Assembly (NCBI GenBank): GCA_020184695.1
Contig: JAANOX010000267.1
Location: 77,941-141,940 of the forward strand
Length of the DNA: 64,000 nt
Direction of reading: 5' to 3'
Source: Histomonas meleagridis 2922-C6/04-290x
Lineage: Eukaryota; Protista; Parabasalia
In this document: piece by piece, positions 10,949 through 21,779 of the stretch
How the letters are laid out: the number at the start of each line of letters is the position of its first letter
Position numbering within the stretch: position 1 is the first letter of the stretch
Position numbers and translations under genes: made by a program
The notes under the pieces: generated by a model
What the model saw: only the letters and a program-made list of their open reading frames with translations
What the model was told of the DNA's origin: nothing
Databases searched by the model: none

Positions 10949-12016
10949 TTAATCCATGTAATGATCCATTTGGTGTTTCTTCACATACATATAACCATAA
11001 CAAAATATTCCGAATGATGCAAATATAACAAACAAGCACGTCGGCAAGTTAATAAATGTCAACGTGCCAAACGCGCCGCGTGCAAGCAAAGTGATCAGTG
11101 CCATCACTCCGCAGTCGGTTATCAAAAAGTAAATATCGAATTTGAATAGGTTCAAAATGACAACGTTTACAACGCGGAGAACATAAACAGCGATTCTCGT
11201 GAATTTGGCCTGCTTGTTAAGGAGCTCAGGAACTGTTAATAACCCAGATCCAACGTAATGGTAAGAAAGTCGGTTTTTGTCATTTCGAATTATATTTGTG
11301 CCATTTTTGAAGCCTAAAACAGTTACCTTCTGTGGATTGAACGTGTTGAATTGTACATAGACATCACCTGGAGTACACCACCATGATCTCATGGAAGATC
11401 TCATATCTTCAATCGATTTATAGGTATATGGACTAAAGAATGTACCTCCACCAATGTAACGGAAATTCTCTTCCCTGAAGGCTTTGGATTTCTCAAAGGC
11501 TTTGATTTGTTCTTGTGGTAAATGGAATAAATTTGTACTGCCAAGATCTGATAAAAGACTTTCATTAATAGTATAATCACCAATGGAAAAACTCTTAATG
11601 TAATTTGGTTGTTTGAAATTCTTTCTTGTTGGGTTTGAATAAAGATACCACTTTTTAAAAGATATTGAGGAAATTTGATATGAATACCAGCCTTTGGAGT
11701 AAGTACATTCTTGGCGCTCAACACCATGGCTATCTTTTTTAATATAACATGATTCTTCGTATTGACAATATTGCACCTTTCTGGAAAGTCGAGCAGTATC
11801 CGCCTGTATATTGAAATAACTGTCGTATATTGGATAGTATTTTGGATGTTTTGAAGATAAATGAACAATTGCATTGTCAATATCTGGATTATAATGCTTA
11901 GAAATATGGTAATATTCTGTTAAAACTTCATGTGAAAGTTTGGTACGCCTTTCATATCGCACCTCGAACAGGAAATAAATGAACCAAAAGAAACCGTGTA
12001 CATACAAAACATTCAT
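10949..12016 (-). CDS. TMEM43/LUMA (DUF1625)-like membrane protein
   Basis: RLSRKVQYCQYEE, Y.KGW...I.S..F...Y.NP, IGDY.I, GDV.V.F.......VTVLG, followed by C-terminal TM helices. ATG at 12016. Confidence 0.7.
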   Translation of the reverse strand: MNVLYVHGFFWFIYFLFEVRYERRTKLSHEVLTEYYHISKHYNPDIDNAIVHLSSKHPKYYPIYDSYFNIQADTARLSRKVQYCQYEESCYIKKDSHGVERQECTYSKGWYSYQISSISFKKWYLYSNPTRKNFKQPNYIKSFSIGDYTINESLLSDLGSTNLFHLPQEQIKAFEKSKAFREENFRYIGGGTFFSPYTYKSIEDMRSSMRSWWCTPGDVYVQFNTFNPQKVTVLGFKNGTNIIRNDKNRLSYHYVGSGLLTVPELLNKQAKFTRIAVYVLRVVNVVILNLFKFDIYFLITDCGVMALITLLARGAFGTLTFINLPTCLFVIFASFGIFCYGYMYVKKHQMDHYMD

Positions 12017-12285
12017 TTGCACGATTAATTGCCACTTTTCCCAAAAATCGATTTAAATTTTATCCGAACAAATAAAGAAATCATCTATTATAACCATTTC
12101 CTATGCTAAAATAAAAATGCGCATGGAAGCTAGATAAAAAGAATTTCACAAGATCAAAAAATTTTCGAATTACACAATAATTACATAAAATTAATTCCTT
12201 GTTTAAAATGAAATAAACAATAAAAAAGAGTATTTGGACTCAAACATTTAGTTTTAATTCACTTAAAGAATACAAATACACAAAA

Positions 12286-13185
12286 TTAATCGTCTTGATC
12301 TGTACCAGATGCTGTACCATATTCATTTTGTGTGTCATATTCAGCTGTGTTTTCCTCTTCTTCTCCGGAAGATTCATCAAATGAAACTTCGTCGGATTCA
12401 GATTCGGTTGAAGTTGGATTTGATTCCGAATCGTACGAAACGAATTCGAATCTTTTTTTATCACTTCGCGAATCTTCAGAACTCAGATATTGATCAACGG
12501 ATGCAATACCTTTCTTAGCCAAAAGTTCGCGCACCTTCTGATAGGTAACCTGCGAAAATTTGGCGATATTTATTCGGATGGTTTCGCTATCAGATTTCGG
12601 TGGAAATTTTTGTGGCTGATAACGTTGGACAATATCAACAATTTCGCTGGCTGATTCGTCTGTTGGAAGGTATTCAAGCTTCCGACAGAGATCAATAGCT
12701 TGATTCCGAGAAATTATACTTCTTAATTTTCGAAACTCTAAAAGTGATGGTGGAGATGGGAAATCAAGAACGTCCTCTTGATTGGCAAGCATTTCTTGGA
12801 ATTCTTCTATGTTGTTTGGGATGAGTTGAATCTGAGATAAAAAATCTTCAAAATCTGTGTCGTATTTTCCCTTCCAATCTGTTGGATTTAGTTTTATGGA
12901 CTTAATGTCAGATAATATGGCTTGAAATATTGTTTGAAGAGAAAGGGCAAGTGATGATTCTGGATCAAAATTTTGTATAAACTTTGCGAATTTACTTTCA
13001 AACGCTGATATAAATTCGGCTGGAGAAGGAAATTTATTGTTTTCTAAGTAATCGATCCAAGATGTAAAATCAAAAAAAAATTCAGAACCTTTTGTTTGAT
13101 TTAAATAATGTTGAACAAAAATCCCTAGGTTGCTGTCTAGATTCATTTGGAAACATGTTATTGCCTTTTTCTTGAAGAGTTCCAT
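12286..13185 (-). CDS. Degenerate bromodomain plus ET-domain protein
   Basis: Helical N-part ending ..L.NNKF.SPAEF, then an ET-like segment RNQAIDLCRKLEYL...EIVDIV...P...IRINIAKFS..T..KV; acidic tail. Confidence 0.55.
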   Translation of the reverse strand: MELFKKKAITCFQMNLDSNLGIFVQHYLNQTKGSEFFFDFTSWIDYLENNKFPSPAEFISAFESKFAKFIQNFDPESSLALSLQTIFQAILSDIKSIKLNPTDWKGKYDTDFEDFLSQIQLIPNNIEEFQEMLANQEDVLDFPSPPSLLEFRKLRSIISRNQAIDLCRKLEYLPTDESASEIVDIVQRYQPQKFPPKSDSETIRINIAKFSQVTYQKVRELLAKKGIASVDQYLSSEDSRSDKKRFEFVSYDSESNPTSTESESDEVSFDESSGEEEENTAEYDTQNEYGTASGTDQDD

Positions 13186-14175
13186 ATAAATGCTGTCAAC
13201 CCTGATTCCAATCTGCGCCGGTTATTCCGTTGTATTGTTATCAAAATTGTGTTGTGGCGGTTTACATTGAGTTGGATCCAAAACCGCGCTAACGCAGAAA
13301 TTAAAATGTTGAAAAACAAAATATTAAAATGCGCTCATTCAATTTTTACAGATGACAAAGATCTAGGGAACTAGTATAAGCAATGCCTTATTAAAGAACA
13401 AAAAAAAGATTAAAATTAGAAAACATTTTGTAATTTACCTAAATTATGGTACTTATATTATTACCAACAGACTTCTTACAACAACTCATTGTGATAAAAT
13501 GTTTTTGTTCAAAAATTTGTTGCATATATTGTGATACTATCTATAACAACGGTTCAAATAAAAATACTATATGTACGGAATATAAGCATCAAAGGCGCTT
13601 GCGTTATGCTAAAAATACAGATGAATTTAAGTATAAAAAGTATTACAAGTTTTTTAAAATAAAATCCTCTTTTTTTATAATTGTTTTTCTTCACGTGCTT
13701 TGTTAAAATAACTGGTTATAATTTTACCCATCCTAATAAGTGTTCATAAAATATATGTTGAAATCTTGAATTGATCTTAATGTTTCATAAAAACATTTAA
13801 CTGAGTGAATTATTTTTCCAATAATAATATTCTTCTTGATAAAATCAAAGCTGGAACACTTTGTGAGTTAGGGAAAAAATAATTTATTTGGGTTGCAAAA
13901 GATTCTAAGCTTTATTCTTTCAATGTCAAATAAACTATTCAAAAAAATCATCTTTACAAATTTTATTAAAAGGTACTTTTTAAGATTGGTGTGAAATTGT
14001 TTGTTAATAAACATCATTTTCCAATATTGGAAAATTATAAAAATACAAAAAACCAAAAGAAGTTTTTCGTCTTTTAATAAAACGTGCCTTAATTAAAACA
14101 AATTTCTCATTCGTGCAAACACAGCGTTTTATTATACTCGTAATTATATCAAACAGTTGTTTATTCACCTTTCAT

Positions 14176-14820
14176 CTAATCAGATGTGAAGGATTCATAT
14201 TCAGATGATTCAGATTCGTCTGAATTTGCCACAAAAAATAGATCTGTTTTGATTCGCTGGTTTTTCATTATCTTTTTTGAATCGTTTTGGAACATCCTTG
14301 AAATAGGTTCTTCAACATCATCTGGTTTTGCAAAACCAACTTGGATAAATTTGTTATTGAACACGCTCTTTTTCGATACCACAGCAAGGTATGCTGCTTT
14401 GATTGTTGCAAATTCGATCAGAGCAAACATTTCATCTCTTACTACTTGAATTCCTACCACTTGGCCAAATGTCTTGAAATAATTAAAAAGCCTAGAAACA
14501 GTGTTCAGGTTTGGTTCTAGTCCAAGAACATAAACGATATAACGCTCTCGAGTAACATTTTTTCTTAAAATTTGATAGTCAGTAGTCTTTTCAAATGTTT
14601 TGATGTATTCGTAAAGGGATTGAGAAAAAATCTGAGAGTATTTTTCTCCTAAAAAATCTTTTGTCTCAGAAGCTAATGTATCCATAGTGGTATCCTTATT
14701 CTTTAATAAGCTTAGGACAAATTGGTTAAATATTGGAACATTAGTTAAAATGTGGTTTTTCTTGGTAAATTGTAGGATCCATTTTTTAATTGAATTAGCT
14801 TGGATCTCGGAAATTTCCAT
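14176..14820 (-). CDS. PWI plus RRM RNA-binding protein (RBM26/27-like)
   Basis: IKKWI...F..FVLSLL.....L.DFLGEK (PWI-like). RRM: VYVLGLEPNLNTVSRLFNYFKTFGQVVGIQV...ALIEFAT...A.....SVFNNKFIQV. ATG at 14820. Confidence 0.72.
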   Translation of the reverse strand: MEISEIQANSIKKWILQFTKKNHILTNVPIFNQFVLSLLKNKDTTMDTLASETKDFLGEKYSQIFSQSLYEYIKTFEKTTDYQILRKNVTRERYIVYVLGLEPNLNTVSRLFNYFKTFGQVVGIQVVRDEMFALIEFATIKAAYLAVVSKKSVFNNKFIQVGFAKPDDVEEPISRMFQNDSKKIMKNQRIKTDLFFVANSDESESSEYESFTSD

Positions 14821-15235
14821 ATGTAATGTGACATTTAATTTATAATTCAATTTTTAATGACAATATTTTTTATATAGAATTTTTTCACTAGACTTGAGTG
14901 ACCACTCAAAGCCACGTCAAACTTGCAAGGGCTTAAGATATCATTAAATTTGAATAAAGAAATAAACAAACTTTTAATTTGTAAGTGTTTCTTCATAAAA
15001 CCAAATATGAACAAAAATCAACATTATTCAAAAATTGCAACACAGAGTTTACTTTTGGTGAATTGGGTAACCGTTTAAATTATTTTTGGGAACAACTCAA
15101 CTTTTTGTGTTGTTTATATAGACACTTTTTGACCTGGCAAAAATTAAGAATAGAAATTTTTCTTTAAAAAACGCATGTTTTAGAGATTTGTTCACTGATT
15201 CAGTTGATATATTATATAATATATATTTTTTTTTA

Positions 15236-16540
15236 TCACAAGGTTGCTGTATAATTCATTTCATTATAGTATATATTTCTTGCAAGTCCATAGATTTCAT
15301 CATCTTCCGAATCTTGAAGCACATTAATTTCATCCATTAACATTCCGTTTTCGAACACCATCTGGAGCAGCTCTCTAATGTTTCCAGTTTCTGCCACATT
15401 AATCAAATTGGAAATTGCATCTAGTGCAACAATTTGCACAGACTTCTTCAACGAAGACAGCGAGCACCCCAAAATATCCAAAAACCCTTTGGACACCAAA
15501 CATTGCAATATTGCAATATTTGAAGAACAACATAATCTACACAAAACTCTCAGTCCCTCATTTTTCACATTAAAATCAATATTCTGAATTATGAATAAAA
15601 TTGGATCTATTAATCCCGTTTCTGCGATCACCTTTCGGCCATCTTCAGAACGGGCCAAATAATAAAAGTATAGAAAAATTTGAGTGTATAACTTCTGCTC
15701 TTTCAAATTCAGTGAATCCAAAACAAATGGCCAAACAGGGGTCCCCGTGAACTGCAGCGCGAGGATTCGGTCGTTTTCGATCAACTCGCAAGCTAAACGA
15801 AGCATTGCATGTCTTTTTGATATTCTCCGAGTTTGGGTTTGAAAGATTTGCATGAAATATTGTGAATTAATTATATGTAATCGATATGCTGGTGAAAAAC
15901 GACTAATAACACGGATAGTATCAATAGCACGTATCTGCCGATCTGAGTGACGTTGTATGGTAACGGAAAATTCGAGAATTCTGTCAATAAATGGGGCCAT
16001 TAATTCTTGTAATTCTGCATAACTCATAAAAACTTTGGAAAAAGATAATACATACTTTGACAACATATCCCCTTTTTTGAGATGCTCGCCAAGGAAGTTA
16101 CAAATTCCAAGTTCAATAAGTCGAGCTGATATTGATAAATCCATTTTGGCAATTTCAATCAAAATTTGAATGGCACGCGTTTGTGGAAGCATTGAGTATA
16201 TTATGTCAATGAAGTTAGGCGGGGCCATGTTGAATAATATTTCTTTTCCAAATTTAACATAGATAAGTATAATTGAAAGTGCTTTGTTTCGAAGGCCACT
16301 TTGAGTTTGTGCAAGAGTAAACTCCATTAAAAATGCAAAGCGTTGTCTATCCAAGAGAAAACGTTCTCGTGGAATAATTTTACGAAATGATCTTAATAAT
16401 TCCCGTTGATTTTCTTGTGGATCAGCAAGACGATCAAAATCTTCAAGAAACATGAACTCCGGAATAACGCATGATTCAAAGTATGTTTCTTTTGGTTTTT
16501 GGAAAACTGAGGGAACTGTGGGTGCCTGTTTCTCCAGCAT
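15236..16540 (-). CDS. Armadillo-repeat (importin-alpha-like) protein
   Basis: ARM-like helices such as VIAETGLIDPILFII...DFNVKNEGLRVLCRL, LVSKGFLDILG..L, IVALDAISNLI. Confidence 0.7.
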   Translation of the reverse strand: MLEKQAPTVPSVFQKPKETYFESCVIPEFMFLEDFDRLADPQENQRELLRSFRKIIPRERFLLDRQRFAFLMEFTLAQTQSGLRNKALSIILIYVKFGKEILFNMAPPNFIDIIYSMLPQTRAIQILIEIAKMDLSISARLIELGICNFLGEHLKKGDMLSKYVLSFSKVFMSYAELQELMAPFIDRILEFSVTIQRHSDRQIRAIDTIRVISRFSPAYRLHIINSQYFMQIFQTQTRRISKRHAMLRLACELIENDRILALQFTGTPVWPFVLDSLNLKEQKLYTQIFLYFYYLARSEDGRKVIAETGLIDPILFIIQNIDFNVKNEGLRVLCRLCCSSNIAILQCLVSKGFLDILGCSLSSLKKSVQIVALDAISNLINVAETGNIRELLQMVFENGMLMDEINVLQDSEDDEIYGLARNIYYNEMNYTATL

Positions 16541-16676
16541 TTAATCGACCGTTTATCAGAGGCCGTTTATCATTTGGCATGGAAAAACAACAAATGAAAA
16601 ATGGAAAATGATTTTGCCAATAAAGAAGATAATTTTTGATTTAAATGAATATAATATTGTTCAATAAGTAGATTTC

Positions 16677-17340
16677 ATGATTGATAATTTTGATGATATT
16701 CACTCAGAATATTTTTATACAATGATTAATCATCGAATGATATACTTATTATTTGTGATTAGAAAAAATGATATAAATGTATATTTAAATTTTTTACATG
16801 AAATCGAAATAAAAAATAAAAATAAACCTAATATTTTTGATGATATTAATGCTAAAGATATTTATTTATTAAATTTTTATTTCAAAATAATATTTGGAAA
16901 TTCTTCAATTTATTTGATACAGCATTTATTTATGCATATGAAAATGGTAAAACAGAAATAGTCAAATTACTTCTTGAGCATCAAGGCATTGATATCGATG
17001 CCAGAAATATTTTTTCATGAAAAATATGTATTGTAATTAAAATAATTTAATTGTCATTAAAGTTCATATTTACAATTTGATATTTTAAAATTTTGTATGG
17101 GGTTTATATGTTTTGTTTGATACAGCACTTATGCTAGCACCTAAAAATAAACATGTCGAAATGGTTGAATTAATTAAAGCAAAATAAGCTGCAAAATATT
17201 CAAATGATACTAAAAAAATTTCGAATCAGAATAATATAAAAAGAAAAATTTCTAATTTTTGAAACAACACTTATAATTGCAGCTTTTAATGATCAAAATG
17301 ATATTGTTAAATTAACCACCAAATTTTCAAGAAATTAATC
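16677..17340 (+). pseudogene. Relic of the spacer-interrupted ankyrin family
   Basis: Cores DINAKD | TAFIYAYENGKTEIVKLLLEHQGIDIDARN (ACA at 16919), TALMLAPKNKHVEMVELIKAK* (17122) and TTLIIAAFNDQNDIVKL (17264). The first spacer carries the same ttcaaaataatatttggaaatt motif as the 22-23 kb array. Confidence 0.65.
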
Positions 17341-17635
17341 CCTCAAAGAAATATTGATACACCTTTTAATCTACTAAGCTACTATTTTAATATATAATTT
17401 TTATGTTAAAATAACAAAACTGGGTGAGTATTATTAATTTTTAATGAAGAGTTGAGATTAAATACAATACCTTCTTGGAGAAATTTTAAAAAATTATCTT
17501 GTTCACAAATTTTTATTTTCGTCATACATGTTATAATTATCACTTGCTTTGGAAAATATGTGATGCTTATCCAAAAGAGAAATGTTTTAATTTTTTTATA
17601 ACCGTAAAAGTGTTTCGTACACAGAGCCTTTTTTC

Positions 17636-18694
17636 ATGAAAAAAAACAAAATTTCACAGAGAAATATAACAAGGTTGCTTCTACAGTCTTTAATAAGCCC
17701 AGATGCAGCACAATCGTTTGATACTTTTGTTTCAGGATATGCTGAAATATTTGATAATTTTTCTTTTCATTTAATGCAGAAAATTGATACTAATTCTCAA
17801 GCAAAAGTTGGGTTCTTAGATGATCCATATCGTTTTTATGCAACTTCAAGCAATGGACTTTCATTTTACTCTTTAAATGAAAATAATATCGAATGTTTTC
17901 AAAGTTTCAAAATTCCAAACAAGATTGAATTTATTTGCCAGCATCCGTCTAACCCATTTCTTTTTGCTTTATCTACTAAAAGCACTGTTCATGTATACAA
18001 TTTCAAAACAGATACAAATGTAAAATTTTCATTTACCAACCAAATAACAGAAATTTCATGGCTTTCTGACACCAATACTCTTATATTAATCCGCGGAAAT
18101 CGTGAAATCGATACAATAGACATCAATCAACAACTCCTAAACAAAGCAGTTTTAACCAACAACGAGCATAAGGACGTCAACAATATTTTATTTTGTAGTC
18201 ATCCCACTCGTCCATGTGTTGCCTCTATTATGAATTCCAAATTACAATTAATTGATTTCAGAGAATCACCAACAGTTCAAACCAAAATCATAAAAGGGGC
18301 ACCGACATCCATTGCGTGGCTTCCAAATGATACCTTTGGATGCGCAATTGGCCATGACGACGGAAATGTCGACTTATTTTCTTTCCAAAGTAATTCCGTT
18401 GTTATCACGCAAAATGTATCCGAAAATGCAATAAGCGGAATATCGTTTTGTGAAACGCGGAATAATGTCGCGTCGTTTACGTCCGACAACTTGATTTTGT
18501 TCTCAACACTTCCCGTTTGGGGCTTCGGAAAGTTTAGCGTGAGTAAAACATATCCAATGCACACAAGTAATGTAACAAGCGCAAATTGGTTCCCGAGAAG
18601 CGATGGTAACCCGATGTTTATAAGCTGTGATATGGATAGTATGGTGCATATATTTGAGGTGCCAAATGAATACATTCCAATATATGGAACATGA
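17636..18694 (+). CDS. WD40-repeat protein
   Basis: Repeated strand/turn motifs such as IEFICQHPSNPFLFALST, TSIAWLPND..GCAIGHDDGNVDLF, HTSNVTSANW...MFISCDMDSMVHIF. Confidence 0.75.
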   Translation: MKKNKISQRNITRLLLQSLISPDAAQSFDTFVSGYAEIFDNFSFHLMQKIDTNSQAKVGFLDDPYRFYATSSNGLSFYSLNENNIECFQSFKIPNKIEFICQHPSNPFLFALSTKSTVHVYNFKTDTNVKFSFTNQITEISWLSDTNTLILIRGNREIDTIDINQQLLNKAVLTNNEHKDVNNILFCSHPTRPCVASIMNSKLQLIDFRESPTVQTKIIKGAPTSIAWLPNDTFGCAIGHDDGNVDLFSFQSNSVVITQNVSENAISGISFCETRNNVASFTSDNLILFSTLPVWGFGKFSVSKTYPMHTSNVTSANWFPRSDGNPMFISCDMDSMVHIFEVPNEYIPIYGT

Positions 18695-18754
18695 AATAAT
18701 ATAAATAAATATGAGTTGTATTTAAAACTTTGTAACTTGCAGAATTAAAATATT

Positions 18755-18935
18755 AATTTCTTTTCTTATACTACATGAAATCTAATTTTTTTCTTATACT
18801 TCAAGAAATTAAATTTCTTTTCTTATACTACATGAAATTTGATTTCTTTTCTTATACTACATGAAATTTAATTTTTTTCTTATACTACATGAAAATTGAT
18901 TTCTTTACTTATACTACATGAAATTTAATTTCTTT
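18755..18935. repeat. Minisatellite, 6 copies of a ~29-bp unit (aatttcttttcttatactacatgaaattt)
   Basis: Core cttatact at 18765, 18793, 18822, 18851, 18879 and 18908 (spacing 28-29 bp). Lies between convergent genes. Confidence 0.9.
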
Positions 18936-19023
18936 TCTTTCTTCTCCTAAATTTTATTTGAAAATGATAATTGTTAAGTAAAATTTATAAAATAAATACG
19001 AAGTACAAATTTGTACACTCATT

Positions 19024-20112
19024 TTATTCATTAGCCGAATTTGCTGTCGAATCCACAGCATCTTTTTTATTTAGATCGAAATCTCTTACTTTCTGGAAGA
19101 AAGGATGCTTTAACGCCTCTTCAGCTGTTATTCTCACTTTATGATCCACAATTAACATTTTTTGAGCCAAATCTAAAGCATCACTATCTCTAGTAGTCTT
19201 TCTATTTGTTGGGATTAGGCTTTCAAAGTCTACACCTTGCATAAACGATAGTTTTGCTTTTTGTCTATTTGTTAACTTTACTCGATACTTATCGGCCCAT
19301 TCAATTATTTGATTTCCGCCGATAACTTCTGCAACAGAATACAATTGATGTGCTTCATCGCCACCATCAAATATGTGTATGGTTTGGGTAATATATTCCA
19401 GTAGCATTACACCAACAGACCAAATGTCTACGGCATAATCGTAGTATTCATAATCTAGAAGAATTTCGGGACATTTATAATATCGTGTAGCAACACGTGA
19501 ACTATAATTACGCATTGGATGATAAAACTCTGCTAGGCCCCAATCTCCAAGCTTTACTTGTTTAAGTGGATTTGAACATAAAACATTGAGAGGCTTTACA
19601 TCTCGATGCATAATACCCAAGCTATGACTATGGAAAAGAGCTTGGAGAATGCGGTAAAAATAAAAGCGTGCTTGTGTAAGTGTCATACTCATGAAAAGTT
19701 CTTTCCAATCCATATTTGGACAATATTCTGTGACCATGGATGGAATACCTTCATGTGGATCAATAACTATATCATAGAGTTTTAAGATATTAGGCCCTTG
19801 TACTTCGCTGAGTATTTTAAGTTCGCGTCGAACACGATCTGGATTAACTGGTTTGAGAATTTTGATGGCACAGACATTTTTTTCATCTTGTAAGGCTGTA
19901 AACACATCTGAGTAACGTCCAGACCCAATTGAGTTTATGAGTTTATAACGAGAAATATCACCAAATTTTGGGTTCCAGTGAATATACTTCCAATGACTAG
20001 GGCCAAGATCAAGATTAACGTTGGTAAAGATCTTGGATATGTTTGGGTGATTTGGATTAAACCTACCATTGATACATGCATTTGAAATATCAAATGGATC
20101 GGTTTCCTCCAT
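19024..20112 (-). CDS. Casein kinase II alpha subunit-like kinase
   Basis: IGSGRYSDVF, AIKILKPV...RVRRELKIL, HRDVKPLNVL, DWGLAEFYHP, RVATRYYKCPEILLDYEYYDYAVDIWSVG. ATG (MEETD) at 20112. Confidence 0.93.
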   Translation of the reverse strand: MEETDPFDISNACINGRFNPNHPNISKIFTNVNLDLGPSHWKYIHWNPKFGDISRYKLINSIGSGRYSDVFTALQDEKNVCAIKILKPVNPDRVRRELKILSEVQGPNILKLYDIVIDPHEGIPSMVTEYCPNMDWKELFMSMTLTQARFYFYRILQALFHSHSLGIMHRDVKPLNVLCSNPLKQVKLGDWGLAEFYHPMRNYSSRVATRYYKCPEILLDYEYYDYAVDIWSVGVMLLEYITQTIHIFDGGDEAHQLYSVAEVIGGNQIIEWADKYRVKLTNRQKAKLSFMQGVDFESLIPTNRKTTRDSDALDLAQKMLIVDHKVRITAEEALKHPFFQKVRDFDLNKKDAVDSTANSANE

Positions 20113-20510
20113 CCGATTTATCGATAGAAAATAAACATAACAAAAATTGAACATACAAAGTTAATAAACGGTCGCAATAGTCACAACAAAAAAATATCAA
20201 TTTGACATATTTGGTACAAATCTCTTTTTTAAGAATTCATCTATTTTTTTTAACAAGTATATTTAGAAATATGTTTGTTATTTCTTTTGTATTAATTCTT
20301 TCCTGTGTTTCAGAAATTTATCTCTTTTACCATATTGATCATTTCTTCTATATCCTCCAACGAAAAGGTATTAAATTCAGTATCCTATAACAAAGAATAA
20401 TGATATAAGTATTACATTTTTGTTTAATTTTTTTTTTAAATAAATTTTATGAATAGTTTTCTATTCGATTAATCTAAAAGTTCACTTGAATTGTTCTTAT
20501 TTTATTTTAA

Positions 20511-20615
20511 CTAAAAATGCATAATCAATTAATGTAACATTTTTTTGGTTAACAAATGAACATCTTTCGCAAAGGAATGGAACAATTTTATGTGATGATA
20601 TTTCTTGAAGTCTTT
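20511..20615 (-). pseudogene. Short relic of the DUF3447-type ankyrin gene N-terminal region
   Basis: Nucleotide similarity to about 23870-23990 (attaatgtaacattttt...ttaacaaa...catctttc...tgtgatgatatttcttgaagt). Encodes LQEISS / CERCSFVNQKNVTLIDYA with an internal deletion. Confidence 0.6.
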
Positions 20616-20673
20616 TAACTTTTATTTTAATATTTAATATTTAAATTCATTTTTTTTTTATTGAAAATTAGTT

Positions 20674-21621
20674 TCATGTCACTATTAGAAACACTCCAAC
20701 GAACATTATAATCGACAAAATCCAACTTGGCGCTCTTGTTGGAATGGCTATCGAATCATAAGTGAATGGATTTTCGATTTCTCTATAAGGTTGAATATCT
20801 TCATCAAGTTCTTCAACCTCAATCATGTACAAATGTTTTCTTCCTTCTTCATATGTCTCAATGCAATCTTCACTACGTTGGCTGCAGTACACATCTTTTC
20901 TTGGACTTGTAACTTTAAACTTTGTTTCAGGCAAAAAAAGAAGTTCTGCTTCATCAACAAATCTTGAAATCCATTGGATTATACGCGAGTTCTTAAATTT
21001 ATGCTTAATTTTAAAAATGTAATCATTTTCTTGTGCAAATAAACTAATACATGCAAATAATGAAAACGTTGTACTTGATATTCCTTGTGATATTATTGTG
21101 TCGCCTGCAATAAGTTTTGCATATTGCTCTTCATGTTCTGGAGTTTCATATCTACCACCAAGATATAATGTATCAGATTCATAGCCATTGTACTTAGGAT
21201 TGATTTTTTGTATTCCACTATAAAGATATTCAAAATAACAATTATAATGTCCGGTTTCTCCTAATGATAATTGCTGTGTGAAATTTTCGCAAAAGTCATC
21301 ATAGATTGTATAAATAAATACAGCTAGAATTTCATCTGCAGTAAGTTTATTATTGGGATCAACTAAATATGGTGTTTGATCTTTCTGCAAAAGATTCTTA
21401 TAAAACTCATTTGTGCTTATATCATTGAATTTAGTTTGTAAATCTGCATGATTAACATTTGGCGTTGTGAGAATTTCATTTTTATAACATTCTGCTAACG
21501 ACGGATATTTAATTGGAGTATATTTTGTAAGCTTATATTCATTTCCTTCTTCTTCCGGATGGAACCTTCCTATAGGCACATGTATTTGTAGACTAAACCT
21601 AGCAAGTATCGCAAGTATCAT
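20674..21621 (-). CDS. Predicted surface mono-ADP-ribosyltransferase (ARTC/cholera-toxin-like fold)
   Basis: ILAVFIYT helix; beta-1 LYLG (normally LYRG); SSTT (STS motif); SRFVDEAELLFLPETKFKV (ARTT loop with E-x-E). Short hydrophobic N-terminus and a terminal hydrophobic tail WILSIIMFVGVFLIVT. Confidence 0.75.
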   Translation of the reverse strand: MILAILARFSLQIHVPIGRFHPEEEGNEYKLTKYTPIKYPSLAECYKNEILTTPNVNHADLQTKFNDISTNEFYKNLLQKDQTPYLVDPNNKLTADEILAVFIYTIYDDFCENFTQQLSLGETGHYNCYFEYLYSGIQKINPKYNGYESDTLYLGGRYETPEHEEQYAKLIAGDTIISQGISSTTFSLFACISLFAQENDYIFKIKHKFKNSRIIQWISRFVDEAELLFLPETKFKVTSPRKDVYCSQRSEDCIETYEEGRKHLYMIEVEELDEDIQPYREIENPFTYDSIAIPTRAPSWILSIIMFVGVFLIVT

Positions 21622-21779
21622 CTTAAGTCAAACGGTTTTGAATGTCATGGCATTTTTTTAATGTTTACGAATCCTTTCAAAAAGTTAACATGATAATCAC
21701 TTCATGAAGTGTAAAGCTAAGGGAAAATAAAAAAAAATGTTCATAAAGCTTTTATTCATTATGTTATAACATAACATCA

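Noticed and set aside
13147-14056. Short ORFs of 62-86 aa (13147-13374, 13446-13706, 13868-14056)
   Set aside because: Low-complexity AT-rich translations with no recognisable motifs; probably non-coding.
18755-18935. CRISPR array (29-bp repeats)
   Set aside because: The units are directly adjacent with no unique spacers; this is a simple minisatellite.
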